Assembly (NCBI GenBank): GCA_004764695.1
Contig: SMSO01000031.1
Coordinates: 7,980,761 to 8,044,760, forward strand
Origin: Schizochytrium sp. TIO01
Taxonomy: Eukaryota; Protista; Bigyra: Labyrinthulomycetes
Direction of reading: 5' to 3'
Length of the DNA: 64,000 bases
Shown here: piece after piece, positions 1 to 12,487 of the stretch
Numbering within the stretch: the stretch's first letter is position 1
Layout of the letters: every line of letters begins with the position of its first letter
Program-made: the position numbers and the translations under genes
Notes under the pieces: model-generated
What the model was told of the DNA's origin: nothing
The model's input: the letters and a program-made list of their open reading frames with translations, nothing else
The model's database searches: none

Positions 1-3000
1 CTCTTATCGTTTCTATCTTCTATTTGGCTTTGCTCATCAAAGACAAAGAGAGAAACATTGGAAAGGAAAAGAGAAAAGAGAGCTGGTAGGTAGGTAGGTA
101 CTAGGAACTGCTACCTGGTGCTCTGTGGAAGAAGAGGCAGGAAGAACGCGAGGCGAGGGGGCTAGAGAGGACTAGGGATTAGGGTAGGAGGCTGGCGACT
201 TCGAAAGGGCGCCTGAGGATGCGTGGCACTCACGCATTCGTTGATTTCCAAGGTCAAAGACTGAGTGATTGATTGATAGATAAGCTATCAAACTTGGAGA
301 GTCTAGGTCGCCCAAATCTCTGCCAGAAGTTTGGAGCGTCCTCAGGAGCAGCAGCAGCTCCTGAGGCTGGCATTCTGTTTTATCAGTTTGCTTATTTGTT
401 TGTTTATTTGTTTGTTTGGTTTATTTGTTTTGGGGTGACTAAGGATCAACAATATGTACTATGTATATGCTCTGAGAGCTGCTTTTTTAGTTGATAAAGT
501 GGGCTTTACTTCCCTCACTACAGGCATATGGCAATTCTGGTGATTTATGATTCACGATCACGAAAGGTTGTGAGGGTTGAGTGCTGCTGACAACATCAGG
601 AACAATGCAAGTTGGATGGAAATAGGCAGCTCCTTCTGGAAAGGTTCTGCAGGAGACAGGGCTCGGGCACCAGCAATTGGGTATGATTGTAGGGAGTCGA
701 GTATGAACAGGTTGACTCCGACGCCCAAACGATGAGCAACTTGAAAGAGTTGACCTCGATGAACTTCAAGTGCTCGAAAACCACACACTCGCTCAACAAA
801 CCAGGTCACTCAACAAGTACGTATGTAGGAGCTAGATACTAGGAACCTACGACTTCCGCAATGCATGCAAATTAATTTTCCGTGCCAGTTCACAGCGCAG
901 GCTGTGACTCGGAGAGCCTCGGAGCCTCGCACGGCTTTCTTGCTGATGGATTCTCAAATAGCCTGCTTGCGAGGTTCCAACAAGTTGGCTGCCACTTTGA
1001 GCACAGGTTTGTAGCAACAACGATGATGGGGGCTCTATTCTGGGTCACCAGTGTAATACCACTTATATGCAAGGCTACCCAAATCTGGCCTCTTCGAACA
1101 CCCACAACGTAGTGATTGAGCACTTTTTCCAGGTGATCATGAAAGTCGGGACGTGAGTGCTATGTACTTTAGATCACAACAAAGAACCTGGAGGAGAGTT
1201 GTGACAAGTTGCGTCCACAACCAGGGTGTACAGACCAAGTGATTCTGGGATGCCATAGTAACATCCCTTTATCATGCAGAATTCGTTTTACCTGGAAACA
1301 AAAGCTACATCTCAAATTGAATAAACGGCACTGGGATATTTTCGATATTATTGCGCAAAAACCAGTTGCGCAATGTAGCATCAGCGCACCCGCTAATAAT
1401 GCGTGTTGTGCATTCCTCAAGACTGCCTCATAAGAAGCGTAGATTTTATTTTACGAGGTCTATGGCAGTGTAGTCGCCAAAGAAACGTGTCCCTTGTGGT
1501 TTGGACCAAACCACAAGGACTGCGCGCATACGCTGGTCGTGAGCCCAACCGACAGTTTCACTTTTGAGTGCAGTGAGGCGGCTCACGTCGATTGCAGAGT
1601 TCTGGATTGATACTGATGCCGGTGGTGGGAGGAGACTCCCCTTCCATGCCAAAAGCTCTTATGCGCATTATTGCTCACCGCATAGAACCAGGAAAAATGT
1701 CTCAACCTCCAAGCTCCAACATGGCTGATGAAAGTCATCACTATATCTCCATCCCTGTAGCTATCTTTAATTTCTCAACGAATATCCCAAATCAGAAAAA
1801 TATTCAGCCTGCATGATCGATGAAATCACAAAGGCGGAAAGTTTTAGAAGCTCGTGTTTTACAATCTCTGAGCGAATAAAGGATGCTGAAGTATGGTTGT
1901 CTACTCGCCCACAAAAAGCAAAAGAAATGAAAAAACAGGATAATTTGCCGCTGCGGCGTCTTTCAGTGCACGATACGCTGCAACGTACAATTGAGAGTTA
2001 ATCATCCTCCCTACTTTGGCAGAGATGCAATGATTGTATTACGTCTTGACAACAGTTTTATTATTAATATTGATTCGAAAATGGTAGGTATAACAATGCT
2101 ATTGGCATATAGTACAGAAGATGCCCGCATTAAGCCTCATCGTTCCAAGTAACTGAATGTAGTTTGTGATTTCACTGTTCAAGAGTCGTTCCAAACGCGA
2201 GCTCATAGCGAAGACTCAAACCTTCAGGGAAGTCCTGTTTGCGCAACTCTTTACGTAGTCTTGCCTTCAATTGTGTACTGACGATGAGTTTCGAACCTGC
2301 TTTCTTTCGCAGTTGATACTCACATCTGATACAGGCTGAACATTTTGTGAAAATTCTGTACCTTGGTTTGCTACATTCTTTGCATCTGTTACAGTCTAAA
2401 GTGGATGGTAAATATTGAGGTATTCGTGCATGCCCGTGTGGCGCATAGCCCGACCTGTTTACTCAGACACATGTAGTTCTTCAGGAGGCAGTGGTTTTCA
2501 CTCGTAGTATAACGCCAATGCGGAGATTAGATTAGAAGGTAAGGCTGGTAGACGAAGAAGCAGATTATCTCGTTTGTACCGGCACGGTGAGATCTATGCG
2601 CCATGAAGCCAAGCAAGCAAGATTTGAACTTGAATTTGGATTTGATTTAGATGAGGATCAGAAGCTTGATGTGTTTAAATTTTCACTTGTTTCCAATCTA
2701 TTAGATACAGAAAAACAACGTAAGCATTGCTCCTTCGAAGCAGAACTACGCAGGCCCTTACCAAACCGTCTCGTACGCTTATATACTTTTAGAGCTATGG
2801 TTTTTCAAGTGGGCTATTGTCCTTTAAACGATATGGCGCTTCGTTGTCATTGTGGTTGTCTTCGCCTTCATCTGCATCCTTAATTTCTTCTTCATTGCGC
2901 GCTTTTGTAATTCTGTCTCGCTGCAAAGTAACTTTTTTTATCTTTTTTGGGGAACTTTTAGTTTCTCTTCAATCTCCTGGAGAATGGCCTGTATCTCATC

Positions 3001-3439
3001 AGAGTTGGTAGTCCTTATGTGGTATCGTATGGATCAGGTGGCTTCGAAACCTGTCCCCACTACTTCTTTATGTTGGCATACACTTTAGGGTCCAATCTAT
3101 TATTCCTGGTGAAGTTATAACCCCATGTCTGAGATGGAAGCACAATGAATGATAAATTGAATAAAGAAGGCGAAGCAGGTCGTTCAGGTGGGGATGTCTG
3201 TTAAAATTGGCGCGCACGTTCCTGACTTGAATTTATCATCTGGGTAAGGTTGCTAGATTAAAAATTTCAGATCATCACGTGCACAGTTCTATCAGCAAAC
3301 ATGATACAAGTTTCCGTAAAGGTTCGAGAATGATGATGTATGATATAAGAAGTTGATCAGTTTTTTTTTTGTGCAAGGTATGTATTTTGCTTTGTTCTAC
3401 TGTGTATGCATAAAATCAGCGAGTCGTTGCTGACACTTT

Positions 3440-4290
3440 CTACTGCCACGCTGCACCATTAGATGCTTGTGGGGCTTGTGAATCTTCAGCCTCAAGCGAA
3501 GCCAAAACGGGGCCAAGAGCATCGCGAAGGCGAGTAAGCTCATCGCGAAGAGTCTGTGAAGTAACATTCTTACCGCAGGCCGCAGCAATGTACCCATCGT
3601 GCAACCGCATCGCGCCAATTCGACCGGCCTCGCAGTTCATAACAAGAACATCAAGGGGGCCACTTTGTACACGAGAGCCTGCACGCTGGTAATCGCTCCA
3701 CAGGTTCGAGATGATAGCAGCTTGTACCTGTTGTATATAAATATCATTCACAAAACATCGCGTTAGCTAGGCTTAATCATTCTCTCCTTCTAACTTTCAT
3801 TGAGTATGCCAATCCGTTGAAATCTCTTTGTTCTATTGAGACCCTTGCGGATTTTATTCATGGATTCACTAAAAAAACTTACCCCGCTGTTAAAAGACTT
3901 CGCTGATGGTGCCTTGGCAGTGCCAATAAGACTGCCGTCTTCTCTCATCAAGCTGTGATGGGTAAAATCAAAAATACAAACGCAGATGTCCAGCAATATG
4001 CAAAGAGCCCAATGAAGTTACAATTCGAAACAAGTACTCGTAATAGGATGGTAGTAATCACGAGATCATGCGATTTCAAGAGCGGAATCTGTCAGTTCTC
4101 TCATCGTTTTGTCTTTCTACAACTCCGCAAGCACCTTGCTATATTCATTTAAGTCAAAGTAAGGGAGATCCTATACAGCGACATGCTTTATTGAGACCTA
4201 TCATTCGCAAATTAAAACCTACAGGGACGATTCGATGCCGCCATTGTGAATCTGCTCCAGAACCCGGGGGATTGCTTTGGCCTTAAACAT
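3440..4290 (-). CDS. LAMTOR2: Ragulator complex subunit LAMTOR2 (p14; Roadblock/LC7 fold) homologue, 3 exons: 4290-4223, 3952-3883, 3727-3440 (~141 aa)
   Basis: Manual splicing at canonical, phase-compatible sites (CT|GTAGGT...CACAG|C and GGG|GTAAGT...AACAG|GTA) gives MFKAKAIPRVLEQIHNGGIESSLLMREDGSLIGTAKAPSAKSFNSGVQAAIISNLWSDYQRAG...LDVLVMNCEAGRIG. This follows the animal LAMTOR2 pattern as recalled ([32 protein letters not shown]...AAIASNIWAAY...ILMDCMEGRV). Confidence 0.88.
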
Positions 4291-4570
4291 CGTGACTCGC
4301 AATGTAATATAACAATATATCCGTGCTTTCGACGAACAGGATCCCTTCAAATCTTTCTGGCAAGCTACCAATATCCACGATGCTAAGTCGTATCCAAGCT
4401 TTCACGATCTGCTGTAAGTATATTCTTCTCAAAGTCGCAAGATATTCACAGATAGATACTACGGGTGAAGAAGCCACCTGAAGCCAATCTCCAGGCAACG
4501 ATCGAGAATACGAGCTCCGTTTAGGCTGCTCAAAGAGCAATTTGTAATCAGATCGCGCCTCGACTGCAAC

Positions 4571-4584
4571 TTCCCCGCGCCAAA
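4571..4584. promoter_or_regulatory. E2F-type site (TTCCCCGCGCCAAA) in the divergent LAMTOR2/bromodomain-gene intergenic region
   Basis: Contains TTTGGCGC (TTTSSCGC consensus) on the minus strand; a near-identical copy lies at 11926-11938. Confidence 0.3.
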
Positions 4585-5586
4585 GACCTTCTTGCCGCCT
4601 CCGCAGAGTGCTCCTACGTCCAACTGAGTCTGCCGCGCTCGGCCTCGCGGCTGCTTTTTCACCTTCTCTTCGCAACATCTCCATGACTCGTATGAACCCG
4701 TTCTTTCTAAATGTCGTTCTTAGTTAAAAGAACAGGAAGAACAGAACGGACCCCCTTTTTTCCCTCCTCCAGGTCTGCGTCAAAAGTATTCTAAACCTGC
4801 CTCAAGGTCTCCAAACCTGGAGAATTTCTCGCTGGTGCTCTTCAGAACGTTGTAGAACCAAGTCTTCTATGTGGTTGGGGCCCTTGACTGCTTTATTCAG
4901 CCTACTACCTCCAGGGCACTCCTTGCGGCGGTTGCTGGGGATTCCGGATAAACTAGACTTGGAACAGAATGTTTCGGGATATCTTGGAGAAAGGGAGTTT
5001 AGCCGAACTCGATGCTGTATAGAGTCGCGTTAGCTCATAGTAGCCCACTCGATAAATCATAGTAGGGATATATAGTCTACTGTAGAGGGTTTTGGTCAAA
5101 GTGAAACAATGAAATTTTCCACTGTGAACTCTTGCCGCCGCAATGGTTAGCGAGTATATGAGTACTGCTAGAGGCCGCTGTGCTATAATAGAATTAGGAA
5201 ATGTGCAAGTAGATAACAGGGGGTTATAAAGTGAAACAAAAGCATCAGAAGTGAAGTATACAGATCACAAGTAGAGATAAAGGAGAAGGCGCAACAGCAT
5301 GAAAAGTTTTAAATTCAAATCGCTCGACCGATCTTCGCGCTGCAAAAGCGCATTGGAGAGCGGCAGCGCGGCTCCGTGGTGGAGCTAGCGCACGTCCTCC
5401 GGCGGAGGATTGGCGCATTCTGCGCTCACTCTCTCGTCGGTGGGCGTCGCCGGGCGTCTTGGCTCTCCCCTCCCCCCTTGGATCACTCCACCACTTTGCC
5501 TTTGGCAATTTGGTCAAATTCATCGATATTTCATCGGTTGCGCAGCGACCTCGCGGTGCTGAGCGTAGTTTACGGTGCAAGACGTC

Positions 5587-8500
5587 ATGGAGGATCGTGG
5601 TAGCGGAGGACCGTCCACGCCGACAGCGTCGAGACATCGGTATAAGGGCGACAGAGCGCGGCAAAAGAGCCTCGATGAGGCGTATCCGTGGGATAAATGC
5701 GGAGACCAATGCCGGAAACTTTTTGAGAAGCTCATGAAACTCCCTGGTGCTCCAGACTTTGAGCAGGAGTATGACTGGAGCCAATTCAAATTCTACACAG
5801 ACTTTGTGGAGGAGCCTCTCACACTAGGTGCCGTCCGGAAGCGCATGGATCGCGATGAAAGCAAGAAACGAAAGATTAAGAGCGTGTCACAGTTCTACTG
5901 CAAGGTCAAAACTGTGTTTCTGAACGCCCTCAGATATTGGAGATGCCTTGAGGATGTTCGGAAGTCTGCATATAAGTTACTAGACAGCTTCACAACGATG
6001 TTTTGCAAGGAATTCCCTCTTGCCAAGGAGATTTTACAGACGAATAGGCTCACAGACAAGAACAGGGTCAAGGTGTGTAGAGAGGCGCTCGATGACATTC
6101 TATTGGGGTTTTCGCCAGTCAAAGATGGGAAAAAGTTAATTTTGTTTCAACAGGTGTTTTTCCCGGGTCGCAAGGAAGGCTTTGTCAACCAAGCTGACCC
6201 CGGCAAATCGCCACTTTCGCTTCTAGATATTGTGGACCGTCTCAACTTTGGGGATTTTTACAAGGACATTGGAGGCTTTGTGGAAGACCTTCATAATGCA
6301 CTTGACTCATGGACTGTTTACATTGAGAAGAACCCTGAATTCAAGAACAGTAGCAAGTTTGGTCAGAAGGTGCAACAGACTCTTGATGAGTTTGTGGGGA
6401 AGTTTCCCAACAAGCTGCAGGATGCCAAAATCGATACAACTGAAGCACGCATTGGGAATGTAATGCTCTCAAAGTTTGCTTCTGATGACCTCAGCCGTGA
6501 CGACCTTCGCAAATTTCTTGTGCATGTGCTTGATGTTCTAGCTAAGATGGACATGCTAGGCGTTTTCCAAGCTCCTGTCGATGCAGAACAGCTAAAGCTA
6601 TTTCAATACTTTGAGGTCATCGAACACCCCATGGATCTCGGCACTGTTCGGGAGCTTGTACCCTTTTACCATACTGTCAAAGAGTTTGTGGCAGACGTAC
6701 GCCTTGTCTTCACCAATTGTGCCACATTTAACTCTGACACAGATATGGTCGCTGGTGTAGGTAAGACAATCGGTAAGGAGTTCGAGATGATCTTTGCAGA
6801 GTTTCTTAAACCCCGCCTTGACGCTGTGGTGAATACTAAGGAGGAGATTGCCAAGGCTGGAAAACGCCCCGACCCTGAGCGATTGAAGAAGGCCTTTGAA
6901 AAATCTAAACATGGTTCAAAAAAGAAAAAGGAAAATCAAACCGACGCAGAAAAATCCAGCAAGGACAGCTCAGGCGGCGACAAGGAAGCCAAAGGAAGTA
7001 GCAAGAGCAAGAGCAAGAGCAAGAGCAAGGATAAAGAAAAAAGCAAAGGCAAGGAGAGGGACCGAGATAAAGACAAAGGCAAGGATAAAGAATCTAAGGA
7101 CAAAAGCCACAAGGACAAAGATAAGGAGAAGGACAAAGATGCTGGGAAGGGCGACGCCACCTCCTCAAGCAAGTCTGCATCGAAAAGTGGGAAAGGATCT
7201 TCCTCAGTAACTCCTTCTGTCACGACAGATGAAAACGCCTCAGGATTTCCCGAGGCGAATGCTTGCCTTGATGTCATGAATAGCATTCGCAAAATGCCCG
7301 AGGCTGTCGCTTTTCTTTTGCCGTTCGACTGGAAAGCTGAGGGCTTTCCAAGCTATCCAGTCATTATCAAGGAACCTATGGACTTTTCACAAATCACTGA
7401 TAAGCTTCGCCATGGGAATTACAACAATCTCAAAGCCTTCAATTACGATGTATCTCTGGTCTTCGACAATTGTCGTACCTTCAACGATGAGCGGTGCGAG
7501 ATTGTTCCGAAATGTAACAAAGTGGAACGCAGATATCGCAAGCTTATGGAGAAAAAGTTAGACTCCAAAGTCACGAGTGGACTTTGGGGTGCTGCTCCTC
7601 CACCTCCTCCTCCACCACCGGCGGATGATGGTAAGCCTTCGTCAACATCAAGCAAAAAAAGGAAGAAACACGCCTCATCACCAGCAAAACCAGCACAAGT
7701 TGTTGTTCCTCCTACAAAACAAGGGAGAGATTCTGATGAAAAGGATTCCATTCCCGCTACCGGGACACCCAGTGGCCACTTTCCTCGTAGGGAGTGCAAG
7801 AGAATACTTGATGAAATTAGGCGTCTGCCTGCGTCTAACCCTTTCAGAGCGCCTGTGAAAGATATTCCTGGATACGAAGACATTATCAAGAATCCCATGG
7901 ATCTGAAGACTCTCGGTTCTAAGTTGAAAACAATGACCTCTGCACAAGAGTTTGCAGACAACATGCACTTAATCTTCGACAACGCTCTCAAATTTAATAA
8001 GAAGGATGACGATCCCAATGTCCCCATTCGGAAATGGGCCACAGAGCTTCGCGATACGTTTGACAGCATGTATCAAGATCGAATTGTGAATGCAAAACCA
8101 ACCACAAGCCCTGTTCCTTCTCACACGAAAAGGCCTCGCGAGAATGACGACGCTAGTGAGTCTGGTGGCGGTGGGAACAAGTCAAAGAAGGCCCGCACAT
8201 CGCCTTCTGCATCTTCGCAGAAGGCGACAGGTGGAAGTGGAACCGGTGATTCCAAAATAAAGGTGAAGCTCCGGATCAAACCAATCGAGGATACCAGCAA
8301 ATCTGACGAAAAACCAAGCAGCAAATCTGAAGAGAAGTCCAGTAAGAAGAAGAAAAAGAAGAAGAGCAAGGACAAGGACAAGAAGGAGGAGAAAGAAAAA
8401 GAGAAAGAGATCAAGGAAAGGGAAAAAGAGAAGGAAAAGGAAAAGGAAAAGGAAAGGGAAAAGGAAAAGAGTTCATCTTCAAAGAAGAAGGAAGCAGCCG

Positions 8501-11500
8501 AATCTGGCAGCTCGGCAACCAAGACCGAACCTTCTTCCTCATCCAAGAAGAAAGGTTCGTCAAAGCCAAATGCATCAGGTTCATCGAGTAAGAATTCCTC
8601 AAAATCTGCAGCCGCGAAGGATCTTCCTCCCCCACCCCCTCCTCCAGCACCGCCTGCTAAAAAAGAAGTTAAGGAGAAGGAAGAGGCTCCCCCCGCCACC
8701 TCCTCCACCCCCGCCCCCTCCTCCGCCTCCGCCCCCTCCTCCCAAACCAGCTCTATCAGTAGTACGACCAGGCACCGTCGGGCCCCTTGGTCCTGGCGGC
8801 AGCAAGCGTTCAGCAGAGAATTACTTAGACCAACCATCTAGGCATCATAAGAAGTCGAGAAACGATCGTTCTGGAGGTGGATCTGGATCTGGCGTTCTAA
8901 ATTTTGAACCCCCGCCTGAACCCCAGCGTGAGCTTTTACCATTTGAGGAATCTGCCAAACGCCAAGTGATGAAATTAGCACGTCACGAATGGGGAGCGCT
9001 CTACTTTAGTCGCCCTGTTGTGGAGTCTTTTCCAGATCTGGAGCGCGACTATTTGGCTGTCATTTCACACCCAATGGATCTCCGCACTATCCTAACAAAG
9101 TTGTACGATGGAGAGCATTACAATAGCACTGACGATGTAGACCACGACGTTCAGCTGATGCTTGATAACGCATACAAGTTCAACCACGATGATTCTGCTC
9201 GTGCCATGCGTCGACATTTTGATCACTTGCGCACGTTTTGGCGACATCTTCTTGGAGAGTGTTCTGATCGACCTGCTGAAGAACGTGATGCTTTGCGTCA
9301 AGAGCGCGAACAAAAGCTTGTTGACGTGGACATGAGTATTACACAGCGTGGCAACGGCTTTCTCCGGAAGCTTATGTCCAGCAGGAATAATGATAATAAG
9401 TGGTTTCTGCACCCAGTGGATACTAAAGCGTACTCTGATTATACCTCTATCGTCAAGCAACCGATGGATCTGGGAACCGTCAAGTCCCAACTGGACAAGT
9501 CTATGTATGACGTACCTGGTGGCTTTATGCAATTTGCTACAGACATTCGGACTATTTTTGATAACTGCTTATTGTATAACAGAGCTGATAACCCGAATAA
9601 CTCAACTATTCGCGGTATGGCTATGCGCATGCGGGAACTGTTTGAAGCTGAATGGGCAATGCTAACCCTTGAAGTTCTGGAGCGTTTTGAACGTCAAAAG
9701 CTCATGACTGAGCTTTTAATCGAGGCTGAAGTAGATCGAACTATCCAAGAGTCGAACATTACTGATGCGAACGAGATTGAGCGTATTCGAGGCGTTGTAC
9801 GAAATAGAGTTGAGCACGAACGTGCACCAAAGAAGAAAAAGAAAAAGCATCGTCACAGTATTCACGACGATGACGATGATGGCGGGGATGACTACGAATC
9901 GGGCATGTCTGATGAAGATGAAGGCCCACCTCCTGATGACCATGAAGATGACGAAGACTACGATGATAGCGGTCGCCCTGTTTCCCGGCGTCATGGCGGT
10001 TCTCGTGCATACATTGGGGGCGGCGGTGGCGGTTTATACACGGATTCGCGCTATATCCCGGAGGGCTTTGAAGACAGCGATGAGGATGACGATATGGAGT
10101 ATGCTGGCTTTATGTCACACATGGAGTCGCGTTTAAGCAAACCTAAAGTTGATCCGGCCAAGTATCGTGAGTATCTTTCGCAAGTCGACTCTGCAAAGAG
10201 TCAAGCAATGCTACGAGCTGAAGCTTTGACAAAAGAACGCCGGACGTTGGCAGAACAGGCTGCACGTCGTGCTGAGCGTCTCCGTAAGCGTGCTGCAGAA
10301 GAAGAGATCCGTCTGGAAGGGACACCTCCTGCAGTGCTAGCAGATGAGCAGGTTGCTCACGCGCAAACCATGAAGTTTCGTATCAACCCTTCGAAAAAGC
10401 GTCTTGCTCGCTTTAAGGGTCGTGATCTCAAGTCAACCAGGGATGCTGAGGATGAAGAGGAGGAGGATGAAGGCGGTTTCGCGGATGAGGACGTAGACGT
10501 GGCAACAAGCAACGAAGCGGCGTTTGCGCTTTGGCGAGACAAGGTCTTGTCTAGTATGTCCAAGTCGATTGCAACTGAAGTGTCCCAAGATGCAAACCAT
10601 ATGACTCCATCTGACAAAGAGATGCTAGACCAGGCTCTGTCTTCTTCAACGGAGAAGCCTGCAACTGAAAGTTTACCCGCTGCGACCCCTTCTGATACCA
10701 ATATCTCCGCTACTGTTGCAGCAGATGATGTTGCGGCGGGCACTTTGCCAAAATCTTCTGCTGTACCGGCTGCTGTTACCAATTCAAGCAAACCAGCACA
10801 GGTGAACTCGTCAGCAGCAGCAGCAACATTGGGCGCTAATCTAAGCGCTCATGAAATGGCTTTGCAACAGCAAAAGAAGGAACTTGAATTGTTGGATTGT
10901 GTGGTACAACTTGAATGCAAGGTTCCGCTACTTATTCACCGTGCCATCAATGTAGAGAATCTGCCACCGAGTTCCAGCCAAAGCTCAAGTAACGCTGGAT
11001 CGACCAGTTCAGCTCACCCTTGTCTGGAAGCTCGAGTAGAGCAACGAATTCTAATGATTGAGGGTCTTGAGCTCTGCTTTGGATCGCTACTTTTGAGCTT
11101 GGTCAAGCCTGGTGAGACGCCTAAATCAAAATCCATGCAATGGCGGCCACGATCTGATTACCTAGAAGGTCCCTCTCCTCCTTTCGAAGTTAAATTGCCA
11201 GCAGAGACCCAATTTCAGCATGCTGTCATTTCTGTCTGCACTCGTTTTATGTCTAAGCGGAAAATTTCCGGAAATACCCGCCGCTCTTTTCATCGTGCCA
11301 TTCAGCATATTGTGCAGCTACCTGTGCGAGCTAACCAGGGTGATAACTCGCTGTTAGCCCCAAGCGTGCGCACGGCTCGTCGGTTTATGGAGAAACGGCC
11401 TTCAACAGATGTTGAGGATCTCCCTACAGATGAAGAGACGGCTGGACGCGACATGGAGGCGCTTATGTCCTGGAAGATGCACGCTGACCACTGCATGCTC

Positions 11501-11653
11501 ACATGCGATCCCGAGGTGCAAATGCGCGGAGGCCGTGCTTATCTTGCCGTGCGTTACCTTGGTCTGGCTGGACACGTGGGTGTGTCTGTCCGGGACGAAC
11601 CTATCCTTTTGACCACGACTTCAAAACTTAGCTCTGTCTCTGGCACGATGTAA
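5587..11653 (+). CDS. Multi-bromodomain protein (about 7 bromodomains, ~2,020 aa), with a +1 frameshift near 8689-8694
   Basis: ORFs 5575-8841 and 8570-11653 carry repeated bromodomain motifs (HPMDLGTV..FTNCATFN, EPMDFSQI..FDNCRTFN, NPMDLKTL..FDNALKFN, HPMDLRTI..LDNAYKFN, QPMDLGTV..FDNCLLYN, plus two divergent N-terminal copies). Removing one C from the C6 run joins KEKEEA to the poly-Pro tract of the second ORF. First in-frame ATG is 5587. Confidence 0.85.
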
Positions 11654-11925
11654 CCACCGTTGCCCTCAACAGAGACGCCAGCTTCGTTGATGCTATCAGA
11701 GAACATTCTCATGACCCATATGTATGGAATTGATTACATACATAGTTCTTGCTTACACTGTCTCTCCTGACTATTTCTTTTGTCGGAAGATCAAAACAAA
11801 AAAAATAACCACCTTATAAAATATTAATTGCAACCGGAACTGATCGACATTCCCGAGGCTCTTGCTGTAAATGCACTGAGATTCCTGACATATGTTTCTT
11901 TTGTTCACCTCCGAAGATATACGGA

Positions 11926-11938
11926 TTTGGCGCGGGAA
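11926..11938. promoter_or_regulatory. E2F-type site (TTTGGCGCGGGAA) about 550 bp upstream of the YlqF gene
   Basis: Match to the E2F consensus; near-identical to the site at 4571-4584. Confidence 0.3.
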
Positions 11939-12487
11939 GAACTATGTTAACCCTTCTTGCTTATTTAGTAGTATTACCTTTCGTTTCGATTCTTGAAATT
12001 TGTCCTCCACTTGATACTGTTGTAATTATATCGAATTTGATAATGTTTGCTTGTGTTTAGATCTTATTTGGAAATCCGAAGGTGGTATATATGTTCGATC
12101 AACCAGTAATATGCCTGTACCTGGGATTCATCCAAGTAATAGAAGGATTCATACGGACAATCTCTGCCACGTGAGATTGCAACTCCTATCAATGCTTTAA
12201 CTTGGGTAGAAACTCAAACCAAAGCATCTACTGATAGGGTATACAGCCTAATTTTATATATATTAATTTCAAATATAAAAAGTTGATTAATAATTTATAG
12301 AGAAAAGGTTGGGAAACCATTGGATAAGTGAAAAGGACTCCCACGATTGACATCTATACAGCAAACTTTGCCAAGCATCACGGTGGGGTACCAAAGGCGA
12401 GGCTTGAAAAGGGACTAGGCTTGAAAAGCTGATCATACTCAACAACGCAGCAACGTGAAAAACAGTTCTAGAGGCGCATAAAATATC

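Noticed and set aside
500-2001. Short ORFs in the first 2 kb
   Set aside because: No recognisable motifs and no consistent exon chain.
4283-4684. 133-aa minus-strand ORF as the first exon of LAMTOR2
   Set aside because: The ATG at 4290, in another frame, gives the LAMTOR2-like N-terminus; this ORF overlaps the probable promoter/5' UTR.
5026-5050. GCGTTAGCTCATAGTAG resembling a tRNA A-box
   Set aside because: No T-loop (GTTCRA) or cloverleaf downstream.
8570-11653. Treating the 1027-aa ORF as a separate gene
   Set aside because: It overlaps the upstream ORF, its first ~40 residues are off-frame text, and it continues the same bromodomain series.
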